Part shown: positions 32,295 through 40,706 of the stretch, piece after piece
How the letters are laid out: each line of letters starts with the position of its first letter
Position numbering within the stretch: the first letter of the stretch is position 1
Source: Vulcanimicrobiota bacterium
GTDB lineage: Bacteria > Vulcanimicrobiota > Xenobia > Xenobiales > JADMJV01
NCBI GenBank assembly: GCA_050486105.1
Contig: JBJHCR010000002.1
Span: forward strand, 1 to 62,268
Length of the DNA: 62,268 nucleotides
Reading direction: 5' to 3'
Program-made: the position numbers and the translations under genes
Notes under the pieces: model-generated
Seen by the model: the letters and a program-made list of their open reading frames with translations, nothing else
What the model was told of the DNA's origin: nothing
Databases searched by the model: none

Positions 32295-34482
32295 GATTCC
32301 CAAGTCTCAACTCAAAGTCGAAAAGCTTCCTCGGGGAGGCACTCTGGTTCAGTGGGGTGACTTCCGACTGCAGGTTGGTGCTTATCCAGAGACTATCAAG
32401 GACACCATCAACACCGAAGCCGGCGTCCCCAATCTTTTCGTGCTGCCTGAATCCCTATTTGACTTGCAGAATGGTACCTCTCTAGCGGAACTGGAGTTTC
32501 CTCTCTATTACAACTACTACGTGAAGGGGCAAAAGCTTCGTTTCATCTGTCGCCCACACCAACAAAGGCCCCTGTACCGCTTGCTGAGAGAGGCCGTCTT
32601 CGGTCCCAGCAGCTTTCGTTTAGAAAGGGAATTTCCTCACGGTTCCGCCACCTTCGGATTTCCCGATCTGGCGGCTGAAGCTCGCTTCTATAAGCAGGTG
32701 AATGGCCGTATTCTCAAGCTCTCAGACTATATCGACCCAATCGTCTGTTCTTCTGGCGACTCGGTCGACGTGGACGAGGTCAAGATCCGTCTCCTGGAAG
32801 GAAACGAGGTTTCCCTAGAGCAGAACGGCTCCGTCGAAATCATCTCGTTTGACCCTCTGCCGGTGCCGAAATTCTCCTTTGATGGAGTTTCAAGCTTCGA
32901 TCCTCCGGACTTTGGTGTAACCGTACTCGGCGCCGGCCATGGCTTTGATGTGGACAGCCGAACGTCCGGTTTCATTATTTGGCTCGACGGCAAGGGACTG
33001 CTCGTCGATCCTCCCGTCCATACCACCGAATGGATGAAGGTTCGAAACCTGGATGCCCGTCTGGTAGAAGACATCCTTCTTACGCATTGTCATGCCGACC
33101 ACGACTCCGGAACGCTGCAGAAAATCATGGAAGAGGGTCGAGTTCGACTTCATACTACCTCCACGGTGATGGAAAGCTTTGTTCGTAAATACCGGAGCTT
33201 GATCGGTCTCGAACGAGACGAACTCGAGAAACTGTTCGACTTTCAACCCGTGATTCTCGGCCCCAAAGTGAACATTCTCGGTGCCAGATTTCGCTTCTGG
33301 TACACCTTTCACCCGGTGCCAACCCTGGGCTTTCAGGTCGAGCATCGCAGAAAAACCTTCGCCTATTCCTGCGACACTCTCTATGATCCCCACACCTTCG
33401 ACGACCTAAATGAGCAGGGGATCATCAGCGACGAACGTCGAGAGATCCTTCTCAATTTCCCTTGGGCTTCCGACCTCATATTCCACGAAGCAGGCATCCC
33501 CCCGATCCACACCCCTACCGAAATTCTGGCAAATCTTCCCCGAGAGGTGCGACAGAGGATGTACCTCACCCACGTTTCTCAAGATGCCATCAAGGACGAA
33601 AGTCGACTCAAGATCGCTCCCACGGGACTGAGCAACACTCTAGTCCTAGCACCCAGAACAGAAGATTTGGAGTCAGGGGACCGGGCAACTCAACTGCTGG
33701 ACATCCTTCTGCATGCAGAAATTTTCGCGGACTGCCCGATTCAGAAGAGTCTTGAATTCTTACACATTGCCCAAACTCGTCGAGTGGAAGCCGGCGTGGA
33801 GTTGATCACCGAGGGTGAATGGGGGGATTTCTTTTTCCTGGTTGCCCGGGGTGAGGTGGGGATTTATCGAGAGCAAAAACTTGTTCGCGTCCTGAAGCGC
33901 TACGATTTCTTCGGGGAAATGGCCATCGTCTTGGATTCTCCGAGATTCGCATCGGTGTCCACCCTGTCGGAATGTGAATTGGTCACTATATCCCGCACCG
34001 ATTTCATCAAATTCATCGCCAACACCGATCTTCCTGAGCTCCTCAGGAGAGTGGCCAACAATAAACTCAACGACCTGTGGCCTGTGATGAAGAGCAATCG
34101 CAGCCTGCGACCCCTCACTCCCTTTCAACGGGGACAACTCCTTTCGATTCTCGAGCCCCGGGACTATGCAGCAGGAGAAGTGCTCTTCTCCCCAGGAGGT
34201 CTACCTTTGGATCTCTTCCTAGTGGCCGAAGGGAAGGTGCGCGTCATCAACCGGGGCGGAGCCGAAACAGAGGTCGGTCGAGGTGCTATGATCGCCAGGT
34301 TCCCTGAGAAAAACAAATTAGTGACGCACGAGGTTCAAGCCGAAACGACTGCTCCATCACGAATTTTCGTTGCCCCGCTTTCAAAGCTACGGGTCTTCTT
34401 CCAAAGAAATCCTGGGACCTACATCCGACTTTCTCGGATGCTCAGAGACGATCCGTTCTCAACGATTCCTGGTCAGACTTGA
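32257..34482 (+). CDS. metallo-beta-lactamase-fold hydrolase fused to two cyclic-nucleotide-binding (CNB) domains
   Basis: The MBL motif is LLTHCHADHDSG (HxHxDH). CNB-1 carries a phosphate-binding cassette, FFGEMAIVLDSPRFASV. CNB-2 is degenerate. The TTG start overlaps puuD by 38 nt, so the start is uncertain. Confidence 0.7.
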   Translation: MAPGCNKWAEGTKIPKSQLKVEKLPRGGTLVQWGDFRLQVGAYPETIKDTINTEAGVPNLFVLPESLFDLQNGTSLAELEFPLYYNYYVKGQKLRFICRPHQQRPLYRLLREAVFGPSSFRLEREFPHGSATFGFPDLAAEARFYKQVNGRILKLSDYIDPIVCSSGDSVDVDEVKIRLLEGNEVSLEQNGSVEIISFDPLPVPKFSFDGVSSFDPPDFGVTVLGAGHGFDVDSRTSGFIIWLDGKGLLVDPPVHTTEWMKVRNLDARLVEDILLTHCHADHDSGTLQKIMEEGRVRLHTTSTVMESFVRKYRSLIGLERDELEKLFDFQPVILGPKVNILGARFRFWYTFHPVPTLGFQVEHRRKTFAYSCDTLYDPHTFDDLNEQGIISDERREILLNFPWASDLIFHEAGIPPIHTPTEILANLPREVRQRMYLTHVSQDAIKDESRLKIAPTGLSNTLVLAPRTEDLESGDRATQLLDILLHAEIFADCPIQKSLEFLHIAQTRRVEAGVELITEGEWGDFFFLVARGEVGIYREQKLVRVLKRYDFFGEMAIVLDSPRFASVSTLSECELVTISRTDFIKFIANTDLPELLRRVANNKLNDLWPVMKSNRSLRPLTPFQRGQLLSILEPRDYAAGEVLFSPGGLPLDLFLVAEGKVRVINRGGAETEVGRGAMIARFPEKNKLVTHEVQAETTAPSRIFVAPLSKLRVFFQRNPGTYIRLSRMLRDDPFSTIPGQT

Positions 34483-35572
34483 TGGATTTCCCTCTCAGGC
34501 GCTGCCAAAATATCTCTCTAGGGAATTGAGAGAAACCTCCTTCGGCCTTCAATCGATGAAAATCATCGTGGGGACCGTCGCTGGTGGCTGACTTCAGGGC
34601 ATATTGAAAAACGTAGTCCCGGCCTTCGGGCTCTATGGGCAAGAACCAACTCTTCAATCGTCCAAATCTCAGGTCCACGAAAATTGGCTGATCTCCATCC
34701 ATTTCCAGTCGATAGTAGCCTCGACTGAACCAGAGCAACCTCTGACCTGCCGGGCTCTCAGCAAAACCGTCGAACAAATCGGTGTTCTTCGGAATCCTTT
34801 GCCAGTCGACTGGAGTCTCTGGCCGATCAAAGAGTGACCGGTCTGCTACCCAAACTTCATCACCTCGATCGACTAGAGCGTACCAAAGCACGGTATTGAA
34901 GGGGGTCGGGGTGGTCATCATCTGGTGGTAGGTGACTCCTTGGTCCTCTAGGGAGGCCTCGAACTTCTGCCACACGATCGCTTTGGATACCAGGGATGAG
35001 GCTAGGTATATGGTGCTGAGCAGAAGCCCCCAACGCACTCCAGCAGCTTGATACACCCGCTCACCCCGGCTTCTCCAACGAGTCAGCAGAAGCCCTCCAA
35101 GAAGTGGGAGCAGATACAGTGGGTCGCTGATGAAGACCGAATCGAGGTTCACTGGATAGTTGGTGAAGGGTAGAAAAACCTGGGTTCCGTAGGTGGTGAA
35201 GGCGTCGATCATCCAGTGAGTGTTGAGAACCAGCCAGACGAAAGCATACCAACGAACACTCGACACTCCGACCTTGGGATAGGCTCTCCTCAGGAGAATA
35301 ACAAAAACTGGGGTCAGCAGGGTACAGAGGAAAATCGAATGAGTGAGTCCCCGATGAAAACCGAGGGCCTGAGGCCCGTTTAGGAACGGAGCGGCCAGAA
35401 CGTCCAAATCTGGAAAGGTTCCCAGCACTCCGCCCAGCAAGGCGGCTCCCCATCGAAAAGGAGGCTTCTGCGTTGGCCCCGGTCGCTCGGCCGTCTCTTT
35501 GCCTGGGGCATTCAGGACCGCTTCTCCCACCGCAGCCCCAAGGAGAAACTGAGTTACGGAGTCCACGAGCAA
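34442..35572 (-). CDS. YdjM/YbcI-like membrane-bound metal-dependent hydrolase family protein
   Basis: The N-terminus (M)LVDSVTQFLLGAAVGEAV, later HRGLTHS, and several TM helices resemble the DUF457/YdjM family. The C-terminal ~200 aa form an extra soluble domain. Confidence 0.6.
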   Translation of the reverse strand: MLVDSVTQFLLGAAVGEAVLNAPGKETAERPGPTQKPPFRWGAALLGGVLGTFPDLDVLAAPFLNGPQALGFHRGLTHSIFLCTLLTPVFVILLRRAYPKVGVSSVRWYAFVWLVLNTHWMIDAFTTYGTQVFLPFTNYPVNLDSVFISDPLYLLPLLGGLLLTRWRSRGERVYQAAGVRWGLLLSTIYLASSLVSKAIVWQKFEASLEDQGVTYHQMMTTPTPFNTVLWYALVDRGDEVWVADRSLFDRPETPVDWQRIPKNTDLFDGFAESPAGQRLLWFSRGYYRLEMDGDQPIFVDLRFGRLKSWFLPIEPEGRDYVFQYALKSATSDGPHDDFHRLKAEGGFSQFPREIFWQRLRGKSIKSDQESLRTDRL

Positions 35573-36417
35573 CTCTCAGTCACCGCAGCGGGCTCCCTTT
35601 TAGGCAAGGCAAACCCAGCAGCATTGCGATGCCCTCCGCCACCGAAAGCAGATGCCACCTTGCTGACATCGAAATCACCCACCGAGCGCAGGGACCAGGC
35701 CTGAGAACTCTCTTTATCATAATACACTCCGGCGAAAGGAGCTTCAGTGTATTCTTGGCAAAGTCGATCTCCGATCTCGCTCTGGAAAAGACAAGAATTG
35801 ACGACAGGAATCCGGTAACCCTCCAGCTCTGTCCAGTGCGCTCGAGTCACAGCCCGGTCAACCAAATTCTCCTGATAGTCACACAGAGCCCCACCCTTGA
35901 TCTTGAGCTCCTCAACGTCGAGTTGGTTCCACAATTCGAAATCAAAGGGAACCAAGGAAAGGGCCAAAGAAACTTCCTTGCTTTGAGGAAGAGCCCAGCG
36001 CCAGAGATCTCTGTCTTCCACGTACTCGACAATCCTTGGCACTGCAGCCTCAGGGTGCCAATATTCCCAAGCCATCCTGGCACCGGATTTTTGGAGGTCA
36101 AAGTGGGCGTAGGGAAGTCCTTCCAATTCCACCGCTGCTGAAGAGTGGTGGTCCAAAACGACCAGCTCCTGCACCTTCGTTCGGAGGTCTTCCAACAGAG
36201 CCCGAGAGTACGAGAAATCCACGATAGCCAGATGATCTTCGGGTTGAACTGCTGGAGGAGGATCGCCGTGGCGAACCGGAATGTATCTGGACTGATCTCC
36301 CAGTTTCTGCCAAGCCACCCACGCTGCAGCGAACCCATCGGCGCAGTTGGCGTGATACCAGACCTGAGTCGCACGACCCGCCTGAAAACCCGGCTGGCCG
36401 TTACAGATTTTCGTCAA
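35554..36417 (-). CDS. DHH/DHHA1-family phosphoesterase
   Basis: Motifs present are WYHANCADG (DHH motif I/II-like), VVLDHHSS (DHH) and the C-terminal GGGGHRNAAGF (DHHA1 GGGH). The TTG start overlaps the upstream TGA. Confidence 0.75.
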   Translation of the reverse strand: MTKICNGQPGFQAGRATQVWYHANCADGFAAAWVAWQKLGDQSRYIPVRHGDPPPAVQPEDHLAIVDFSYSRALLEDLRTKVQELVVLDHHSSAAVELEGLPYAHFDLQKSGARMAWEYWHPEAAVPRIVEYVEDRDLWRWALPQSKEVSLALSLVPFDFELWNQLDVEELKIKGGALCDYQENLVDRAVTRAHWTELEGYRIPVVNSCLFQSEIGDRLCQEYTEAPFAGVYYDKESSQAWSLRSVGDFDVSKVASAFGGGGHRNAAGFALPKREPAAVTESCSWTP

Positions 36418-37067
36418 TGTCCCATCACCTCTCGCAGTTCCCGATCTTCCTTGATCCAGAGCGAATCCCCTGGTCGAAGCTCCATCAATCCGTCGAGAGC
36501 CCGTCGTTGCGAGTTGGTATCCTTAAGTTCCTTGGCTGTCCAGAAGACCAATCGCAGGCTGTTGAGTTTGTCGAACTCATCCTCTGCAAGAGAGTTTGCC
36601 TTCCGAGCTGCCAAAAGGCAATCCGAAAAACTCTTCATTTGATAGAGTATCAGGGCCCGACGGAAATTGAGATCAAAACTATCTGGATTCCTGGCCAAAC
36701 CTTCGTCTAGCAGCTCCAAGGCCTGCTCACCTTGCTGGAATTGCCTGTACATTTCCCAGGCCATCAAGTCGAAGGCGTCGGTCAAACTGGGGTCCATCAA
36801 AGACACCATCCGAAGCAGGGGAATCACCTCCGCTTGTTTTTGCTGATCATTCTCATGGCCTTCGAGTTCCTCGTGGTAAAGATCCATCTTGAACCACAGG
36901 TAGCGAGCGATCACCGTGCGGAACTCACCCAAGACATCGAGCATGACATCCCCTTTCGTTTGGGGTTGATTATCTCGAGTGGTCAGGGTTTCGTGCCAAG
37001 ATGCTATTCCCATGCCACTGACCACCATCAGCAGCCAAAGACAAAGGGGTGGGACAAACCTTCTCAC
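36414..37067 (-). CDS. membrane-anchored helical-repeat (TPR-like) protein, function unknown
   Basis: An N-terminal TM helix (FVPPLCLWLLMVVSGMGIA) is followed by an all-helical, TPR-like region. The GTG start overlaps the upstream TGA. Confidence 0.5.
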   Translation of the reverse strand: MRRFVPPLCLWLLMVVSGMGIASWHETLTTRDNQPQTKGDVMLDVLGEFRTVIARYLWFKMDLYHEELEGHENDQQKQAEVIPLLRMVSLMDPSLTDAFDLMAWEMYRQFQQGEQALELLDEGLARNPDSFDLNFRRALILYQMKSFSDCLLAARKANSLAEDEFDKLNSLRLVFWTAKELKDTNSQRRALDGLMELRPGDSLWIKEDRELREVMGH

Positions 37068-37699
37068 GATTGTCTCCGCCTACTGCCGAGTAGGGCCATC
37101 ACAAGCACGACAATCAGAGCTAGGCTCACTCCGGCGTTCTGACGCCAGATTCGCTCGCTGGCATCGGCGAATCGCCACGGCCGGGTGAAAAAATCTCGAA
37201 TCAAATACTCCTGAACCGCAGGAAGGTCTATTTGGTTTGCATGCCGGCGAGTGCCGCTGCCGTCCTGTCCGAATATTTCCGAGAGTTCTTCTTCCTCTTG
37301 TCCAGGTTCAATGAGATTGACCACCCGAACTTCAAAGAAAAGCGAAGAGTTGGCGGGAATCGGTCCTATCTGACGGTTCCCGTAGCCAAGATCCGGGGGA
37401 ACCGAGAAGCTCCGGCTCTCTCCTCGCTTGGCCCCCCGAAGTCCCAAGGTCAACCCGGGAATAAAATTCTCACTTCCCATCTGAAAGACCATGGGGCGTT
37501 TCCCTTCGGTGGTGTCCACGACTTCGCCCTTTTCATCCTCAAGTCTAAGACTATAGTCCACCACCAGAGAGTCGCCCATTTTCGCTTCCCGTCCGAAGCC
37601 TTGCTCTAGAACCGCATAGGGCACCCGCTCAGCCAAGGCTGGGTCCAGGTCCTGGGCCCAAGTCGAACTTGATAATAGGCCGAACAAGCACAACAGCAT
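37064..37699 (-). CDS. FKBP-type peptidyl-prolyl cis-trans isomerase with signal peptide and C-terminal hydrophobic tail
   Basis: The start was set at the ATG at 37699 (MLLCLFGLLSSSTWAQ). The FKBP core reads GDSLVVDYSLRLED...FQMGSENFIPGLTLGLRGAKRGESRSFSVPPDLGYG...LFFEVRVVNL. The C-terminus contains VSLALIVVLVMALLG. The ORF-track start at 38203 would overlap the permease gene in another frame. Confidence 0.8.
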   Translation of the reverse strand: MLLCLFGLLSSSTWAQDLDPALAERVPYAVLEQGFGREAKMGDSLVVDYSLRLEDEKGEVVDTTEGKRPMVFQMGSENFIPGLTLGLRGAKRGESRSFSVPPDLGYGNRQIGPIPANSSLFFEVRVVNLIEPGQEEEELSEIFGQDGSGTRRHANQIDLPAVQEYLIRDFFTRPWRFADASERIWRQNAGVSLALIVVLVMALLGSRRRQS

Positions 37700-37710
37700 G
37701 AGACCTCTCT

Positions 37711-38490
37711 TCACAGATCGACCCTTTCGAAGAGAACCTTCCCAAGAACTAAAAGCAAGGCCACCCAGGCCAGAGCATAATAGGTGACTGCTAGCAAATA
37801 CCCCGCCGGCAGAGCAATCTGGTGGACCGCCGGGTCTTTCAGAACGAAGAGAGTGAGGTTGGGAAACAAAGCCTTGAGCCCCTTCGCCAAGAGCAGAGAT
37901 AAAGTGCTTCCTCGATCCTCCACCAGAAAAAACCGAATGAAGGCCTCGGAAAGGTTTCCGATTAGGAAGACTGCGGCTCCGATTGTTCCGGCAAGCGCCG
38001 GACTTGCGCGCAACGAAAAGAGCATACAAACTGCAGCCACTATGCACGCTTGAAGAAACGTTCCGTAGATCGGAATCACCAAACTGAAGTCGAAACTTTT
38101 GGTCATCAGTCCTAGAGCTGAGGTGAAGACCAACCCCAGGAAGGTTAGACTGCCCGCAAGCATGGCGGCTAGAGCCAGATAGTGAGCCAGAATATAGCCC
38201 CACCTCGATACCGGCCGAGCTAGGATCGGGTAAATCGCCCGGGAATCCAAATCCTGAGGAATCGAGGTGGAACCGAGCAGAAGGGCCATTCCCAGAGCAA
38301 AGAGATTGATCAGAGACAGGCCGAAGTCTTTAGCCACTCTCTCGAAGGCGTCTAAGCCGAGACTGAAAGCGTTGACATAGGCGGGCAGCATAAAGAGCAC
38401 CACAGCTAGAAACAAGGTGGCCAGGTGAACCTGCCGACGGATACTGCTCAGCAAGTAGAGCCGAGAGAGATGAAAGATGATTCTTGTCAC
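37711..38490 (-). CDS. ABC-2-type transporter permease
   Basis: 259 aa with six predicted TM helices. The GTG start overlaps the TGA of the ATPase gene. No other motif was recognised. Confidence 0.6.
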   Translation of the reverse strand: MTRIIFHLSRLYLLSSIRRQVHLATLFLAVVLFMLPAYVNAFSLGLDAFERVAKDFGLSLINLFALGMALLLGSTSIPQDLDSRAIYPILARPVSRWGYILAHYLALAAMLAGSLTFLGLVFTSALGLMTKSFDFSLVIPIYGTFLQACIVAAVCMLFSLRASPALAGTIGAAVFLIGNLSEAFIRFFLVEDRGSTLSLLLAKGLKALFPNLTLFVLKDPAVHQIALPAGYLLAVTYYALAWVALLLVLGKVLFERVDL

Positions 38491-39416
38491 GTGGGCTGAA
38501 CTCCGATCTTTTCACTTGTTAGCCGATGGAATAAGCGCTCTAGACTGTCGGCCGACTTGGTCACCTCCAAGATCTGTCCACCCAAAGCTCTGACACGATC
38601 CAGCTGATCTCCAACTTCCGTTCTCAACACGATTCGATGGAATTCTCCCGTGCTCTGGTCTACAGTCCAACCTTCTGAGGTCTCCCCTTCCGGCCAACCG
38701 TTGGGGAAGGTTACTCTGAGACTCGCCTTCACCCCAAAACCTAGAAGTTCTTCCAAAGTTCCAGAAGCCCTGAGCTCTCCCAAATGGATGATGGCAGCCG
38801 CATCACAGACTCGTTCGATTTCCTCAAGATGATGAGATGAGAAGAATATCGTGTAGCCTTGCCCCTTGAGTTCTTCGAGCAACAACAGAAGGTTGTGTTG
38901 AGCTGTGGGGTCCAAGCCCGAAGTGAGCTCATCCAACACTAAAAGCTTTGGACGACCCAAGAGAGCCTGCGCGATGCCAAACTTCTGCTTCATTCCCTTG
39001 GAGAATTCCTTAAGCCTAGACTTCCTACGCTCCCACAGACCTACTTGTTCCAACACCTCTTGGCAACGGCTCTGGTGCTCGGTCTTAGGCAAGCCCGACA
39101 GGTGGGCATGAATTCTCAAGAGTTCTTCGGCTCCCATGAACTCGTGATAAAGGGTGACTTCAGGGAGAAAGCCCAAGAGAGCCCTCCCTTCCCTGGAGCC
39201 ACACCGATGTCCGAAGACGGAAGCCGTCCCCGAAGTTGCTTGCACCAAGCCAATGAGAATTTTTATGGCCGTGGATTTTCCTGCCCCGTTCGGCCCGGCA
39301 AAACCGAAAATTTGACCAGATTCAACGCTGAGTGAAAGCCCTTTTAAGGCGTGCCGGTCCTCCGTTTTAGTTCGGTAGCACTTGGTTAATTGGTTAAACT
39401 CTATAGCTTTTTCCAA
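38487..39416 (-). CDS. ABC transporter ATP-binding protein
   Basis: Motifs present are Walker A (GPNGAGKST), a signature-like FSKGMKQK, Walker B (LLVLDELTSGLD) and an H-loop (SSHHL). The TTG at 39416 is preferred as the start (LEKAIEFNQL...) because GAGGAG lies about 6 nt upstream. The ORF-track TTG at 39485 would add 23 non-conserved residues. Confidence 0.8.
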   Translation of the reverse strand: MEKAIEFNQLTKCYRTKTEDRHALKGLSLSVESGQIFGFAGPNGAGKSTAIKILIGLVQATSGTASVFGHRCGSREGRALLGFLPEVTLYHEFMGAEELLRIHAHLSGLPKTEHQSRCQEVLEQVGLWERRKSRLKEFSKGMKQKFGIAQALLGRPKLLVLDELTSGLDPTAQHNLLLLLEELKGQGYTIFFSSHHLEEIERVCDAAAIIHLGELRASGTLEELLGFGVKASLRVTFPNGWPEGETSEGWTVDQSTGEFHRIVLRTEVGDQLDRVRALGGQILEVTKSADSLERLFHRLTSEKIGVQPT

Positions 39417-39548
39417 AACAACTCCTCTGTTCGTTAACTTATACCCACACTTCCTGAAAGAAGGTACTCTAGAAGTCCAGAGCAATGAGACTTGGTCGGC
39501 CAGGTGTCTTTACCAGGAAGTAGGGATGGGACAAGCAAATAAAACTCC

Positions 39549-40631
39549 ATGCCGCTTGTTTCGCACCTACCACTGCCTTCCTTCAAAGATTTGAGCGAAC
39601 GAGGGCATCAAGTTCTCAATCTGAATCAGGCTCAGTGTCAGGACATTCGAGAACTTCATATCGGTCTCCTGAACATGATGCCCGATGCAGCTTTTCAAGT
39701 CACCGAGCGACAATACTTGGGGCTGGTAGGAAGTTGCAACCAGATCGCCCAGTTCTATGTGCATCCGTTCACAGTTGAGGGACTCCAGCGGAACTCCGAG
39801 ACCCAAGAGTACATAAACAGTTTCTACACCAGTTTCAGAGAGTTGCAGCGCAGCGGGCTCGACGCCCTCATCTTGACCGGAGCCAACGTCACTCAACCAG
39901 ATCTCACCTCAGAAGCTTTTTGGGAACCGCTTCAAGAGGTGGTCGCCTGGGCCAGGGAATCGGTGACCAGCGTCATGTGCTCCTGCTTGGCAAGTCATGC
40001 ACTGGTGGAGATGCTGTACGGAGTGAAGCGACGACCGCTCGATCGAAAACGATGGGGGGTCTTCCGACATCTCCTGACTGAGTCCGGGAAAAGCCATCCC
40101 ATGCTCAGGGAGGTCAATACCCTCTTCGACGTTCCCCACTCCCGGTGGAACACCCTAGACGCCGAGGATCTCGAAGAGGCGGGCCTCAAGGTTCTGGTTC
40201 TGAGTACCCAAGAGGACGTCCACTTGGCAAGTAGTCCAGACGGTTTTCGATTCATCTTCTCTCAAGGTCATCCAGAGTACGACACCAACAGCCTTTTGAA
40301 GGAGTACAAACGTGAGGTCTTGGCTTTCTCTCAGGGAGAACGACAAACCTATCCTCCCTTTCCAGAAAACATCTTCTGTCGAGAATGTGAAAAGCTGGGA
40401 CGTCAACTCGAACGAAAAGTTAGAAAAAGACGGCTCGACAAGGAGCCCTTTCTTCCTCAAGAATTCACCGAGGTCGAGTTTGAAAACTGCCTACACAACA
40501 CCTGGGGTGATACGGGGAAGGCCATCTTCAACAATTGGCTCGGCCTGGTGTACCAGATGACTCATATGGACCGTAAGCGGCCATTCCTGAACGGAATTGA
40601 CCCGAACAACCCCCTCGACTGGACGCCCTGA
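39549..40631 (+). CDS. metA: homoserine O-acyltransferase, MetA family (acetyl versus succinyl not resolvable)
   Basis: The sequence is colinear with E. coli MetA by eye: IRELHIGLLNMMP, LDALILTGAN, VTSVMCSCLA (active-site Cys), PHSRW and GHPEYD. The C-terminal region is about 50 aa longer than in E. coli. Confidence 0.85.
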   Translation: MPLVSHLPLPSFKDLSERGHQVLNLNQAQCQDIRELHIGLLNMMPDAAFQVTERQYLGLVGSCNQIAQFYVHPFTVEGLQRNSETQEYINSFYTSFRELQRSGLDALILTGANVTQPDLTSEAFWEPLQEVVAWARESVTSVMCSCLASHALVEMLYGVKRRPLDRKRWGVFRHLLTESGKSHPMLREVNTLFDVPHSRWNTLDAEDLEEAGLKVLVLSTQEDVHLASSPDGFRFIFSQGHPEYDTNSLLKEYKREVLAFSQGERQTYPPFPENIFCRECEKLGRQLERKVRKRRLDKEPFLPQEFTEVEFENCLHNTWGDTGKAIFNNWLGLVYQMTHMDRKRPFLNGIDPNNPLDWTP

Positions 40632-40706
40632 CCGCGAGAGTCTCTCTCCACATTTCTCAAGTCGCACCCGAAAGGAATTTCCCAGCTGATCTCGGAGAAT
40701 CCCCAG

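Noticed and set aside
37700-38203. The 168-codon N-terminal extension of the FKBP ORF in the ORF track (37064..38203).
   Set aside because: It overlaps the ABC-2 permease gene (37711..38490) in another frame, and its sequence is Ser/Gly/Arg-rich junk. The internal ATG at 37699 gives a clean signal peptide directly in front of the FKBP domain. The same logic applied to the ORF-track extensions at 4660..4815 (GT4), 6656..6769 (AsnB-1, true N-terminus MCGIAG), 27619..27684 (TPR-GH) and 11917..12006 (second pseudopilin).
39549-40631. Assigning MetA as specifically an acetyl- or succinyl-transferase.
   Set aside because: The published specificity position after the TGAP motif (Glu for acetyl, Gly for succinyl) appears to be occupied by neither residue here (LTGANVTQ). 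The adjacent metY favours O-acetylhomoserine, but that is only context. The call is left generic.
39417-40706. A possible SAM riboswitch or T-box leader upstream of metA or metY.
   Set aside because: The untranslated regions are only ~130 nt (shared with a divergent promoter) and 75 nt. I could not find the conserved SAM-I/SAM-II helices or a terminator/antiterminator pair by eye. A covariance-model scan (Rfam) would be needed to be sure.
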